In this document: one piece after another, positions 29,540 through 38,584 of the stretch
Position numbering within the stretch: the stretch's first letter is position 1
Layout: every line of letters begins with the position of its first letter
NCBI GenBank assembly: GCA_965204535.1
Contig: CBDBEV010000001.1
Span: 512,001-576,000 of the forward strand
Direction of reading: 5' to 3'
Length of the DNA: 64,000 bases
Source of the DNA: a bacterium
Lineage (GTDB): Bacteria; UBA8248
Made by a program: the position numbers and the translations under genes
Notes under the pieces: generated by a model
The model's input: the letters and a program-made list of their open reading frames with translations, nothing else
Told to the model about the DNA's origin: nothing
The model's database searches: none

Positions 29540-30330
29540 ATGAAGCTCGGCACCGTACCCTTCCTGAACGCCAGGCCCCTCACCATCGCGCTGGAGGGAA
29601 ACCCGGCGGTCGAACTCATCGTCGAACCCCCCTCGAAGCTGGCGGAAATGCTGGAGCGGGGAGAACTCGACGGCGCGCTCGTCTCCTCGTTCGCCCTTTT
29701 CGGGATGCGGGGCGCGCGCTTCGCACCCGGCGTCGGCATCGCGAGCAAAGGCCCGGTGGAGAGCATCCGGCTCTATTGCCGGAAGCCTGCGGATTCGCTG
29801 CGCCGCGTGGGGCTGGACAGCTGGTCGCTCGCCGCGACGAACATGGCCCGCGTCTATCTCAAACACCGCTGGGGGGCGGAGCCCGAGTTCGTCCCCATCG
29901 ATCCCTTGAGACCACCGCGTGCGGACGAGTCGCTCGACGCATTCTTGCTCATCGGCGACAACGCGCTCAGGGAGCCGCCGGGCGATCACTACGTGCTCGA
30001 CCTGGGGGAAGAGTGGCAGAATTTCACCGGGCTTCCCTTCGTCTACGCGCTCTGGGTGTTCCGGCCGGGCGCGGGAGACGCGGAGGCCGCGGCGCTTCTG
30101 CAAAGCGCGAAAAAAGAGGGCGTGGGAAGAATCGAGGAGATCGTGAACGGGGCGCTTCCGCCCGGCGTCGACAGGAACACGGCGTGGTGTTATCTCACCG
30201 AGTGCATCCGCTACGACGTGGGCGATGAGGAACTGGGAGGCCTGGGGCGTTATTATGAGTTTCTCGTCGAGGACGGCCTGGCGCCCGAAGGCTGGGAGCC
30301 CCGCCTCATTGATGAGCCGGGCGCCCGCGT
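29540..30330 (+). CDS. mqnA: Chorismate dehydratase domain (no stop codon; reads in frame into the amidase)
   Basis: VPFLNARPL, GIASKGPVESI, LLIGDNAL, DLGEEW..FTGLPFVYALW. The end coordinate is approximate. Confidence 0.88.
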
Positions 30331-30367
30331 GGAGGTAGTGGAAGAGAACGCCTCAAAGGAGGACGAC

Positions 30368-31783
30368 ATGAGCGACGACCTTTGCTTCGCGAGCATACAC
30401 GACCTCTCGGGGATGATCCGCAAGAAGGAAATCTCCCCCGTCGAGGTGGCGGAAGCGCACCTGCGCCGCATCGAGGCGCTGAACCCCAAGCTGTTCGCCT
30501 ACCAGACGGTCACGGTGGAACTCGCCTTGGAGGCGGCGCGCGCCGCCGAGGCCGAGATAATGAGCGGCCGGTGGCGCGGCCCCATGCACGGTATCCCGTA
30601 CGGGGCGAAGGACATCGTCGAGACGGCGGGCGTGCTCACCACGCACGGCTCTTCATTTCACCGGGACAACGTGCCGCGTGCGGACGCGGAGATCATCAGG
30701 CGTCTCAAGGACGCGGGCGCCGTGATGCTCGGCAAGACGGTCACGCACGAGTTCGCGGCTGCTGCGGTGAGCATCAACCCCCACTACGGCACGGTGCGGA
30801 ACCCCTGGGATACGGAGCGCATCGTGGGCGGTTCGAGCGGTGGCTCGGGCGCGGCCTGCGCGGCGGGCCTGGCGCCTTGCGCCATCGGCACGGACACGGG
30901 CGGCTCCATCCGCAACCCCGCCTCCCTGTGCGGGGGCGTGGGCCTAAAGGCGACCCACGGCCGGGTGAGCCTGCGGGGCATCTGCCCCAACGCCCTGAGC
31001 CTCGATCACGCGGGGCCCATGACGCGGGCGGCCCGCGACGCAGGAATAATGCTCCAGGCGGTGGCGGGCTATGACGCGAAGGATTCGAAATCGCAGAACG
31101 TCCCCGTTCCCGACTACACCGCAGGCATAGAGGACGGCGTACGCGGTAGCCGGATACTCGTGTGTCCTGATTTTCACGGGGGCGTCGAGGTGGATTCGGA
31201 GATCACGGCGGCGTTCGAGGCGGCTGCCGAAGTGTTCCGCGCTTTGGGCGCCGAGGTGGAAGAAGTCTCCTTCGCGCACCATAAGAGGCTCATGGATTTC
31301 TTTCCCCTCATCTCGGGGCCGGAGTTCAGCGAGTTCCACAGGCCGTTTTATGAGCAAGACCCGGATGGCTATGGCGAGGACGTGCGCGAGCGCCTGGAGT
31401 GGTCGTTCGAAATCGCGCCGGATGATTACGTGCGCGCGCTCAGGGAACGCGTTCTGGCGCAGCGCGAGGTCGCCGCGTTTTTCGAGGGCGCCGACGCCCT
31501 CATCCAGCCCGCCATGCCCTGCGTCGCCCCGCCGATTGCGACGCTCACCGCCCGGATGAACGGGCGCGACGTATCCTACAAGAACATCCACAGGCCGTTT
31601 CTGGCGCCGCACAACGCCACGGGCTTCCCGGCGCTCGTCACCCCGATGGGCCGGAACTCGGAGGGGATGCCGATGTCCCTTCAAATCGCGGGCGGCCCCT
31701 GGCGCGAGACCGACGTCCTGCGCGCCGCGCACGCGTATGAGGAAGCCACGCCCGAACTCAGGAACGAGCGACCGCCTTTTTAA
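30368..31783 (+). CDS. Amidase signature family protein (GatA-like)
   Basis: HGIPYGAKD, GGSSGGSG, GTDTGGSIRNPA. It has its own AAGGAGG RBS before ATG 30368. Confidence 0.9.
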   Translation: MSDDLCFASIHDLSGMIRKKEISPVEVAEAHLRRIEALNPKLFAYQTVTVELALEAARAAEAEIMSGRWRGPMHGIPYGAKDIVETAGVLTTHGSSFHRDNVPRADAEIIRRLKDAGAVMLGKTVTHEFAAAAVSINPHYGTVRNPWDTERIVGGSSGGSGAACAAGLAPCAIGTDTGGSIRNPASLCGGVGLKATHGRVSLRGICPNALSLDHAGPMTRAARDAGIMLQAVAGYDAKDSKSQNVPVPDYTAGIEDGVRGSRILVCPDFHGGVEVDSEITAAFEAAAEVFRALGAEVEEVSFAHHKRLMDFFPLISGPEFSEFHRPFYEQDPDGYGEDVRERLEWSFEIAPDDYVRALRERVLAQREVAAFFEGADALIQPAMPCVAPPIATLTARMNGRDVSYKNIHRPFLAPHNATGFPALVTPMGRNSEGMPMSLQIAGGPWRETDVLRAAHAYEEATPELRNERPPF

Positions 31784-31816
31784 TCTTTAATTACTTAGAT
31801 TTTTTGGGGATCGGAT

Positions 31817-33706
31817 ATGCGTAACTCGACGTTTGATAGCACGAAGAAATCGTTGTTTGACAGTACGAAGACATCATTGCAGGAATTGCTGAACAATTCG
31901 GAAAGTGGAGCCCTACAACTTCCAGATTTCCAGCGTGGTTGGGTGTGGGGTGATGATGATATCCGAGGTCTTTTGGCTTCGATTTCGCAGTCGTTCCCCG
32001 TAGGCGCGTTGATGACGCTCAAGACTGGTGGCGAGATTAACTTTAAACCACGTCTAATTGAAGGTGCTCCACCCCAAGCTCAATCGACAACACCCGAGGC
32101 GCTGCTTCTTGATGGACAACAACGTATCACGTCACTGTTTCAAACGACAATTAGTCAATCTGTTGTCGAAACGGTTAATGCAAAAAAGAAAGAAATCAGA
32201 CGTTGGTATTATATTGATATGGAGAAGGCCCTTGATGAGGATAGAAATCGCGAGGAGGCAATTATCGGTTTGCCGGATGATAAACGCCTGACCAGCAATT
32301 TTAAACGAGAAATACATCTCGACTTGTCAACACCTGAATTTGAATATGAACAATTGATGTTTCCAGTAAATCGAATATTTGATGATCGCGACTGGCAGTA
32401 TGGATTTGAAGACTATTGGCGCGAGCGTGGTGATGATAGTAAGCGTGATCTCTATCGGAAATTCTATGAAAAAATTATTCGTGCATTCGATCACTACCAA
32501 CTACCTGTGATCATCCTTGATAAGGGAACACCTAAACAAGCGGTCTGTCTGGTCTTCGAAAAGGTAAACACCGGGGGGAAGAAACTTGATGCTTTCGAGC
32601 TTCTGACTGCAATCTATGCCGCAGATGAATTTGAGCTACGAAAAGACTGGTATGGTGATCCAAAAACTGGTGATGAGGGCCGTCTACACCGTTTACGAAA
32701 GCGCCACCCGCTAGAAGAAATTGCTAGTACGGACTTTTTGCAGGCACTAGCGCTACTTAGCACTCGTGACCGGCGACGTTTGGCTGACCAGGCAGGCAAA
32801 ACGGGAAGAGATTTGCCACCCATCTCATGCACACGTTCTGCAATTCTTGACCTTCCTCTCAGTGACTATAAGCATTACGCAGATCAAGTCGAGCTTGGTT
32901 TTGATCTCGCCGCTCGTTTCCTCGGAACTCAAAAGATATACCGAGTCAAAGATGTCCCCTATAAAACGCAGATAGTACCCCTCGCCGCTATCCTTTCGGA
33001 GCTCGGTGATCTCTGGGATCAAGAAACAGTAAAAGCTAAAATCCGACAATGGTTCTGGTGTGGCATCTTTGGAGAGCTTTATAGTTCTGCAGTAGAGACC
33101 CGGTTCGCCAATGACTTTGTGGAGGTCCGCGCTTGGATTGATGGGGGTCCAGAACCTGAGACAGTCAAGGAAGCGAGTTTTTTACCCGACCGCCTTGACA
33201 CAATGCGCACACGTCTATCCGCAGCTTACAAGGGCGTTCACGCTCTATTGATGAGCAAAGGAGCGCGAGATTTTCGATCTGGTCAAACAATCGACGACAC
33301 AGTCTTCTTTGATGAGCGAGTCGATATACACCATATTTTTTCACAGAAGTGGTGCGAGGGCAAAGTTGACGCAAAAATCTACAATTCGGTTGTGAACAAG
33401 ACTCCGCTGACGCGTAAGACGAATCAGATTATAGGGGGTGACGCGCCCTCAAAATATCTCTCAAAACTCGTTGCTAAAGATTCGATTGATGACACAACCC
33501 TCGAAGAATGCCTTGAATCTCACTTGATTGATCCTTTGCTCTTGCGAAGTGATAATTTCGACCAATTTTATAGTACCCGTAAGAAAGAGCTTTCCGAACT
33601 AATTTGCGAAGCAATGGGCAAGTCTGCTGACGAAGATGTGGGCTTAGATGAAGATGAAGGGGATGAAGTCTTGGAACCTGAAGATGTGTTGGAAACCACG
33701 GTATAA
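31817..33706 (+). CDS. GmrSD-like restriction endonuclease (DUF262 plus HNH-like DUF1524)
   Basis: LPDFQRGWVW, LLDGQQRITSL, VFEKVNTGG, DIHHIF..N..N. Markedly AT-richer than its neighbours. Confidence 0.85.
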   Translation: MRNSTFDSTKKSLFDSTKTSLQELLNNSESGALQLPDFQRGWVWGDDDIRGLLASISQSFPVGALMTLKTGGEINFKPRLIEGAPPQAQSTTPEALLLDGQQRITSLFQTTISQSVVETVNAKKKEIRRWYYIDMEKALDEDRNREEAIIGLPDDKRLTSNFKREIHLDLSTPEFEYEQLMFPVNRIFDDRDWQYGFEDYWRERGDDSKRDLYRKFYEKIIRAFDHYQLPVIILDKGTPKQAVCLVFEKVNTGGKKLDAFELLTAIYAADEFELRKDWYGDPKTGDEGRLHRLRKRHPLEEIASTDFLQALALLSTRDRRRLADQAGKTGRDLPPISCTRSAILDLPLSDYKHYADQVELGFDLAARFLGTQKIYRVKDVPYKTQIVPLAAILSELGDLWDQETVKAKIRQWFWCGIFGELYSSAVETRFANDFVEVRAWIDGGPEPETVKEASFLPDRLDTMRTRLSAAYKGVHALLMSKGARDFRSGQTIDDTVFFDERVDIHHIFSQKWCEGKVDAKIYNSVVNKTPLTRKTNQIIGGDAPSKYLSKLVAKDSIDDTTLEECLESHLIDPLLLRSDNFDQFYSTRKKELSELICEAMGKSADEDVGLDEDEGDEVLEPEDVLETTV

Positions 33707-33717
33707 GGAGAACAACC

Positions 33718-34509
33718 TTGCCGAAAGCGCGCGTGAACGGTATCGACATCCACTACATCGAACGAGGCGAAGGAACGCCGCTGCTTGCGGTGCACGGGTT
33801 CCAGAACTCGCACTTCAGTTTTACCCCTCTCTTCGACTGGCTCTCGGCGCGCTTCCATGTCTACGCGCTCGATTTGCGCGGCCACGGCGATTCGGACAAG
33901 CCGCGCGGCCCCTACACCATCCAGACCTTCGCGGACGACGTCGTGGGCTTTCTGGACGCGCTCGGCATCGAGCGGGCGGATTATCTTGGCCACAGCATGG
34001 GCGGGCGCACGGGCACCATGGTGGGTATTCAGCACTCAAATCGCCTGAGCCGCCTCATGCTCTCGGCCTCATCCGCAGGCCCGCCCTCGGGCGCGTACCG
34101 TCAGATGTTCGAGGAGCACTTGAAGGTGGCTGAAGTAGAAGGCATGGAAGTGCTGCACGAATTCAAGCTGCACCGCGACGAAGTCCCCGAAGGCCTGCGC
34201 GAAGGCCCCTTGGCGGCCGAGTACAGGCAGAATTTCCTCAAGAACACGCCGCAGACGTTCGCCGATACCGCGCACGCGCTGTTCACGATGCCGGTTTTAA
34301 GGGACGAGCTCCACAGAATCTCCGTCCCCACCTGGGTGTGCCACGGGGAGAACGACGCGGGTCCCATCGATTTTAGCGAGGTGTACGCGAAGCACGTGCC
34401 CGATTGCACGACTTCCATCATCCCCGATGCGGGCCACAGTTCCTTCTGGGATCAGCCGGGAGCCTTCATCGCGGAGATGGAGAAGTTTCTTAAGAAAAAC
34501 CCCCTCTGA
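33718..34509 (+). CDS. Alpha/beta-fold hydrolase
   Basis: TTG start after AAGGAG. HGF, DLRGHGDS, nucleophile elbow GHSMGG, GEND, AGH. Confidence 0.9.
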   Translation: MPKARVNGIDIHYIERGEGTPLLAVHGFQNSHFSFTPLFDWLSARFHVYALDLRGHGDSDKPRGPYTIQTFADDVVGFLDALGIERADYLGHSMGGRTGTMVGIQHSNRLSRLMLSASSAGPPSGAYRQMFEEHLKVAEVEGMEVLHEFKLHRDEVPEGLREGPLAAEYRQNFLKNTPQTFADTAHALFTMPVLRDELHRISVPTWVCHGENDAGPIDFSEVYAKHVPDCTTSIIPDAGHSSFWDQPGAFIAEMEKFLKKNPL

Positions 34510-34818
34510 TTCGTCTTTTTGGAGGGCTGTTGAAAAAGCCCCCCTCCTCAGAGGATAAAGGCAACCCCCCCTACCCCCCCTTTTGATATACGGTATCGCA
34601 TTCATTGCCTGTGATTTCGATGCAACTTATTGATATTATACTTGTTATCTATTTTATTCAACATCGAGCAAAATCTGTTAGTCGTTGCTTGTAATCAAAC
34701 CGAAAGCGGATTGATTCCAACACCCGCGCATCCATTCGAGCGAACGTCCGTAAGCGTTCGGGCGGGCCGTGATGGTAGTGCCTTGAAGCAGTAGTTCGGG
34801 CCGGGATGGGGGATGATT

Positions 34819-35691
34819 TTACCGGTTGAGGACTTGCTTCCAGTTTCTGCGCAAGGGTCGTAGCCAGATGTCCTTTTTCGGTTGGGCTCGTTTCGTGTAC
34901 CTGTCGTAGCGTCCACGCCCCTGGGTCATACCGACGTGGACCCACCCCGAAGCCCTGTAGACGGCGCCGGTGTAGCGCGGCGTCTCGACGAAGGTCTCGA
35001 CGAGGACGGGGGTCGTGCCATAGCGCTCGGTCCAGTCTTCGGGCAGGCGCCTGCGGATGATGGCGAGGAGATGGGAACCGAGGTTGGGGATCCTGATCCA
35101 GGGCAGGATGAGGAACCTCGGGTTGTCGACCACGAGGGGGAGGTTCTTCTCGCGCAACTGCGGCGTCCAGCCGATGAAGGCGTCGCGCGGGGCGAGCTTC
35201 CACGCGGCGGTGGAGAAGCCGAGCATGGCGAGGGGCCTGCCGTCGCGGTCGTGGACGGCGTAGCGCATCTGGGCGCCGACGAGGGTCTTGTAACCGAGGT
35301 AGTGGTAGCGGGCGACGAACTCGTTCCAGAGCCTGCCCTCGCGGGTTCCGCGCACGGCGACGCGCATATCGAGGGGGCGGACCTCATCGAGGGTCTCAGG
35401 CGCCGGGATGAGGGGAGGTTCGGTGTCGGGTCCGAAGACGACCGGGCCGGGCCGGTTCTGCCGCCACTTCGGAGGCGGCAGCGTGATCAGGCCGTCCTTG
35501 TGCATGGCGAGCATGGTCACCCGGGCCATCATGTCCTTGAGCCCGCCGTCGGGCTTGTACCAGCCGATGCGGCGGCAGAACTCCTTCGACAGCGCGTGGC
35601 GGTTGAGCGCAGGAGGACCTGCGATCAGCGCGCGCAGCAGCGCCATCTCTTCTGTCGTGAAGTCGCGTCCGTAGTAGCGGCACCCGGTCAC
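34819..35691 (-). CDS. DUF4338 (DruA-like) domain protein
   Basis: LWNEFVARYHYLGY, AAWKLAPRDAFIGW, RFLILPW...NLGSHLL, LVETFVE, YRASGW..VG.TQGRGR. GTG start directly after tnpC. Confidence 0.85.
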   Translation of the reverse strand: MTGCRYYGRDFTTEEMALLRALIAGPPALNRHALSKEFCRRIGWYKPDGGLKDMMARVTMLAMHKDGLITLPPPKWRQNRPGPVVFGPDTEPPLIPAPETLDEVRPLDMRVAVRGTREGRLWNEFVARYHYLGYKTLVGAQMRYAVHDRDGRPLAMLGFSTAAWKLAPRDAFIGWTPQLREKNLPLVVDNPRFLILPWIRIPNLGSHLLAIIRRRLPEDWTERYGTTPVLVETFVETPRYTGAVYRASGWVHVGMTQGRGRYDRYTKRAQPKKDIWLRPLRRNWKQVLNR

Positions 35692-35695
35692 GGCG

Positions 35696-38050
35696 TCATC
35701 CCGGCGCCGTGAGGGCGCGCCTGCGCTCCTCATTCATCGACCAGGGCAACCACGCGGAGAGGTCCCCGGGCGGGCGGCCGCCGCCCTCCGCGCAGGCGGT
35801 GAGCCATGCCTCCAGCCAGCGGAGAGTGTCGATGCCGTTTAACGAGAGCGTGCCGAGGACCGTATACATCATCGCCGTGAACCCGGCGCCGGCCTCGCTG
35901 TCGGAGCCGAACGAGAGCCGCCTGCCGATCACGGGGCCCCTGAGCACTCTCTCCGCAAAATTATTATCCATCGGTACCGAGGGGCGTTCGACGAAGACGC
36001 TCAGCCCCTCGCGGTGGTTCAGCAGCGAGCGAAGCGCCTTGCCCTCGCGCGCCTGTGCCGGCAGGGCCGTCAGTTCCCGTGTAGCTTGCGCGAACAGGCT
36101 CTCGAGGGCCTTCTTGAGCGCGTCATGCGCCGCTTCGAACGCCGCGTCCTGTCGTTGGGCCCCCGGGTCGTAACGGGCCAGGCGCGCCTCGTTCAGGCGG
36201 TAGAGCAAGGCAATCCGCTCGATCCATCTCTCGCACCACGGCGTCAGCCGCTCCTCGCCGGCGGCGCAGTGGATATAATCGCGCCGGACGTGAGACCAGC
36301 ACCATGCGAGAGTCACCAGACCCCCGGGAATGCGCGCCAGCTTCTTGTAGGCATTGTAGCGGTCGCAGACGAGGACCGTATGGGAGCCGGACGCGCCGAA
36401 GAGCTTCATCGCGACCTCAGCACTCCGCGAGGGGTCGACGTGGAAGTAGACGGAGTCTGCGCTTACCGAGGTCCATAGCCAGGCGCGGCTCGAGCGGCCC
36501 TCCTCGCGAAGCGACTGAACGCGCCACGTCGTCTCGTCCCCGTGACGCACCGCCGCTTCGTTCTGGCGGTCGAGGATCGCCGCAGCCGGCGGCTCGAAGA
36601 GCGGCGTGAAGCGGTGCGTGCTGTCGCCCAGTGTGCCTGCCGAGACCGGAAGCCCCTGGTCGGAGAGCCATTCGGCGACCCGGCGCAGCGGGCGGAAGCA
36701 GGCGTAGCGCTCGAACAGGAAGCGCGCCCACACGCTCGTCCCGTAAGGCGTGCCCGCGAACAGGCGCGGCGCAGGCGGCGCCGACACTTCCACCGGAGAC
36801 GACGCGCACTCGCATCTCCTGCGCCATCTCGGACGGCGGATGACGCGCTTGTAGGCCGAGACTTCAATCTCGAAGATGGAGGAGACCTCGGCGCCATTGA
36901 CCACGTAGGGCTTCCCGCAACCGGCGCAGACGCGCGCACCGGCCGGCGGGTTGCGAACTTCGGTCCTCTCATCGAGCGCGGGACGCGAGGTGCGGCCATG
37001 GCCCCGGGCGCCGGGCTGACGACCGCGCCTGCGCTCAGAGCGCGGCCTCTCCTGCCGTTCGCTCTTGCGCCCGAACAGTCTTCTCGCCAGCACCGCTCCG
37101 GTGGCGCGAAGCTTCGCGAGCTCGGCCTCCAGCCGCGCCCGGCGAGCCTCCGACTTGCGGAGCGCCCTGCGAAGACGCCCGTTCTCCCTCGACAGCGACC
37201 TGAGCGCCGTCTTCTGGCGCCGCGACCTCCCCAGGGCCTTGCGCAGTTCCTCATCTGCACGAGACGGCGACTTCGAGCGCGCCGCCTCGAGAGCGCGCAG
37301 CAACCGCGCCTTCAGCCGTTCGGTCGCAATACCTGCGGCCCCCAGGGAGACTTCAAGACGGTAGACCTCCGCAGACAGCGACTCGACCACCTCCGCCTGG
37401 TCGCGCAATCGCCTCAACTTCCTGTAGAGCCCGATGGCCTCCTCGTCCAGGCTCCGAATGGTCTCCTTGTCGGTCGCCGACTTCTGCTTCTCCAGGGCCA
37501 GACGATCTTCGAGCCGGGCAACTTCCTTCTCCCGCCGGCCGACCTCCTTGCGCAGGGCATGAATCGTCTCCTTGCGCTCCTCCAGGGCCTTGCGCAGCCG
37601 CCCCGCCTCCCCCGGCGACGGCACGCCCGAGAGCTCCTTGCGAAGCCGGACGACCTCCATGCGCAGCGACATGAGCGGGCTGCGCTTGCGCGGATCGACC
37701 CCCGCCTCCGCAAGCAGCTTCTCCAGCCGCGCCACTTCCGCCTTGAGCGACAGCGCGTCCTTCGCCGCGCGGCGGGCTTCCTTCGCCTCCCCGGCGGCCG
37801 CCTCGAGCTTCTTCCGGCTGGCGTCGAGATGCCGCTTCAGCTTGCCCGCACGGGAGCGGGAATCCACTTCCGCCCAACGCAACTCCTCGCAGCGCGCCTC
37901 CGCCGCCTCCGCGCGCGCACGCTCGCGCTCGTACAGCGAACGCCAGTACGCCTCTGCGGTTGTGGACAACCCGGGGGAATGAGGCCATGGCTCATCCGGC
38001 CTCTCGGCCAACGCCAACTCCGTCTCGACAGCTTCTGCGCGAATCTTCAT
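35696..38050 (-). CDS. tnpC: IS66 DDE transposase with a long N-terminal coiled coil
   Basis: LFGRKSE, zinc ribbon CAGCG..CEC, HGDETTW, LVCDRY, CWSHVRR, DNNFAERVLR. Confidence 0.93.
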   Translation of the reverse strand: MKIRAEAVETELALAERPDEPWPHSPGLSTTAEAYWRSLYERERARAEAAEARCEELRWAEVDSRSRAGKLKRHLDASRKKLEAAAGEAKEARRAAKDALSLKAEVARLEKLLAEAGVDPRKRSPLMSLRMEVVRLRKELSGVPSPGEAGRLRKALEERKETIHALRKEVGRREKEVARLEDRLALEKQKSATDKETIRSLDEEAIGLYRKLRRLRDQAEVVESLSAEVYRLEVSLGAAGIATERLKARLLRALEAARSKSPSRADEELRKALGRSRRQKTALRSLSRENGRLRRALRKSEARRARLEAELAKLRATGAVLARRLFGRKSERQERPRSERRRGRQPGARGHGRTSRPALDERTEVRNPPAGARVCAGCGKPYVVNGAEVSSIFEIEVSAYKRVIRRPRWRRRCECASSPVEVSAPPAPRLFAGTPYGTSVWARFLFERYACFRPLRRVAEWLSDQGLPVSAGTLGDSTHRFTPLFEPPAAAILDRQNEAAVRHGDETTWRVQSLREEGRSSRAWLWTSVSADSVYFHVDPSRSAEVAMKLFGASGSHTVLVCDRYNAYKKLARIPGGLVTLAWCWSHVRRDYIHCAAGEERLTPWCERWIERIALLYRLNEARLARYDPGAQRQDAAFEAAHDALKKALESLFAQATRELTALPAQAREGKALRSLLNHREGLSVFVERPSVPMDNNFAERVLRGPVIGRRLSFGSDSEAGAGFTAMMYTVLGTLSLNGIDTLRWLEAWLTACAEGGGRPPGDLSAWLPWSMNEERRRALTAPG

Positions 38051-38180
38051 GCCGACATCATTAGCACATGTCGAATCGCGTTACCAGTCGCCCGGGAAAA
38101 TTCTATCCGATGGAGGCGATGCGCCCGGCGCCGGGTCCATCACGGCCCGCCCGAACGCTTACGAACGTCCTGGAAGCGAC

Positions 38181-38223
38181 GGCCGGGTAGGCGGGGGCAT
38201 TGCTGCGCACCGCCTACCCGGCC
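38181..38223. other. Strong hairpin (14-bp stem), function unclear
   Basis: GGCCGGGTAGGCGG pairs with CCGCCTACCCGGCC. Confidence 0.5.
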
Positions 38224-38472
38224 TAACGACGTAACGATTCGGTGGCAGGGTGACGGCCGCGCTGAAACCGGCGGCTGCATGAAGTATTGTCCGAAAGGAG
38301 TCAGACCTGTGCCCTCACCACTTCGGCAGTGGCAGGTGATTCAGGCGGTTCCGGTGAATCAGCAGCATTCTCGCTGACCGTGGGGGACATCGGCCCGCGT
38401 CGTTGACACTCACTCAGGAGAGCTGCGGTCCGCGCCGGCACCGGAGATCGCTTCAGGCAACACCGTGAACCC

Positions 38473-38496
38473 GGCGCCTTGACTTCACAAGGCGCC
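38473..38496 (-). terminator. Possible terminator downstream of the adhesin gene
   Basis: GGCGCCTTG-acttca-CAAGGCGCC about 90 nt after the adhesin stop. There is no clear U-tract. Confidence 0.35.
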
Positions 38497-38584
38497 AGGT
38501 CCCGTTGAAAAAGTCCGCATCACGGGGATCGATCCGGCGAACGGGGTTTTCCACTCCACGGCCTGCGCTACCCCCGGTCCGCTA

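Larger units (their letters stand above)
34750..38162 (-). mobile_element. IS66-family element (no tnpA/tnpB) with a DUF4338 passenger
   Basis: Perfect 26-bp IRs GTAAGCGTTCGGGCGGGCCGTGATGG. 8-bp target duplication GAACGTCC at 34742-34749 and 38163-38170. Confidence 0.95.

Noticed and set aside
30368-31783. gatA
   Set aside because: There are no gatC or gatB neighbours; the sequence fits a generic amidase-signature enzyme.
34583-34660. Tn7-like transposon end
   Set aside because: There is no TGT terminus, no clearly repeated TnsB sites and no tns genes in the window.
34819-35691. Druantia defence system
   Set aside because: Only DUF4338 is present, inside IS66 IRs. There is no DruE helicase or other Dru gene.
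38181-38223. Resemblance of the minus-strand hairpin to group II intron domain VI
   Set aside because: There is no domain V next to it and no reverse transcriptase in the window.
38221-38410. GCCTAAC...GTTGAC as an integron attC site
   Set aside because: The right core does not fit GTTRRRY, there are no complementary L boxes and there is no IntI.
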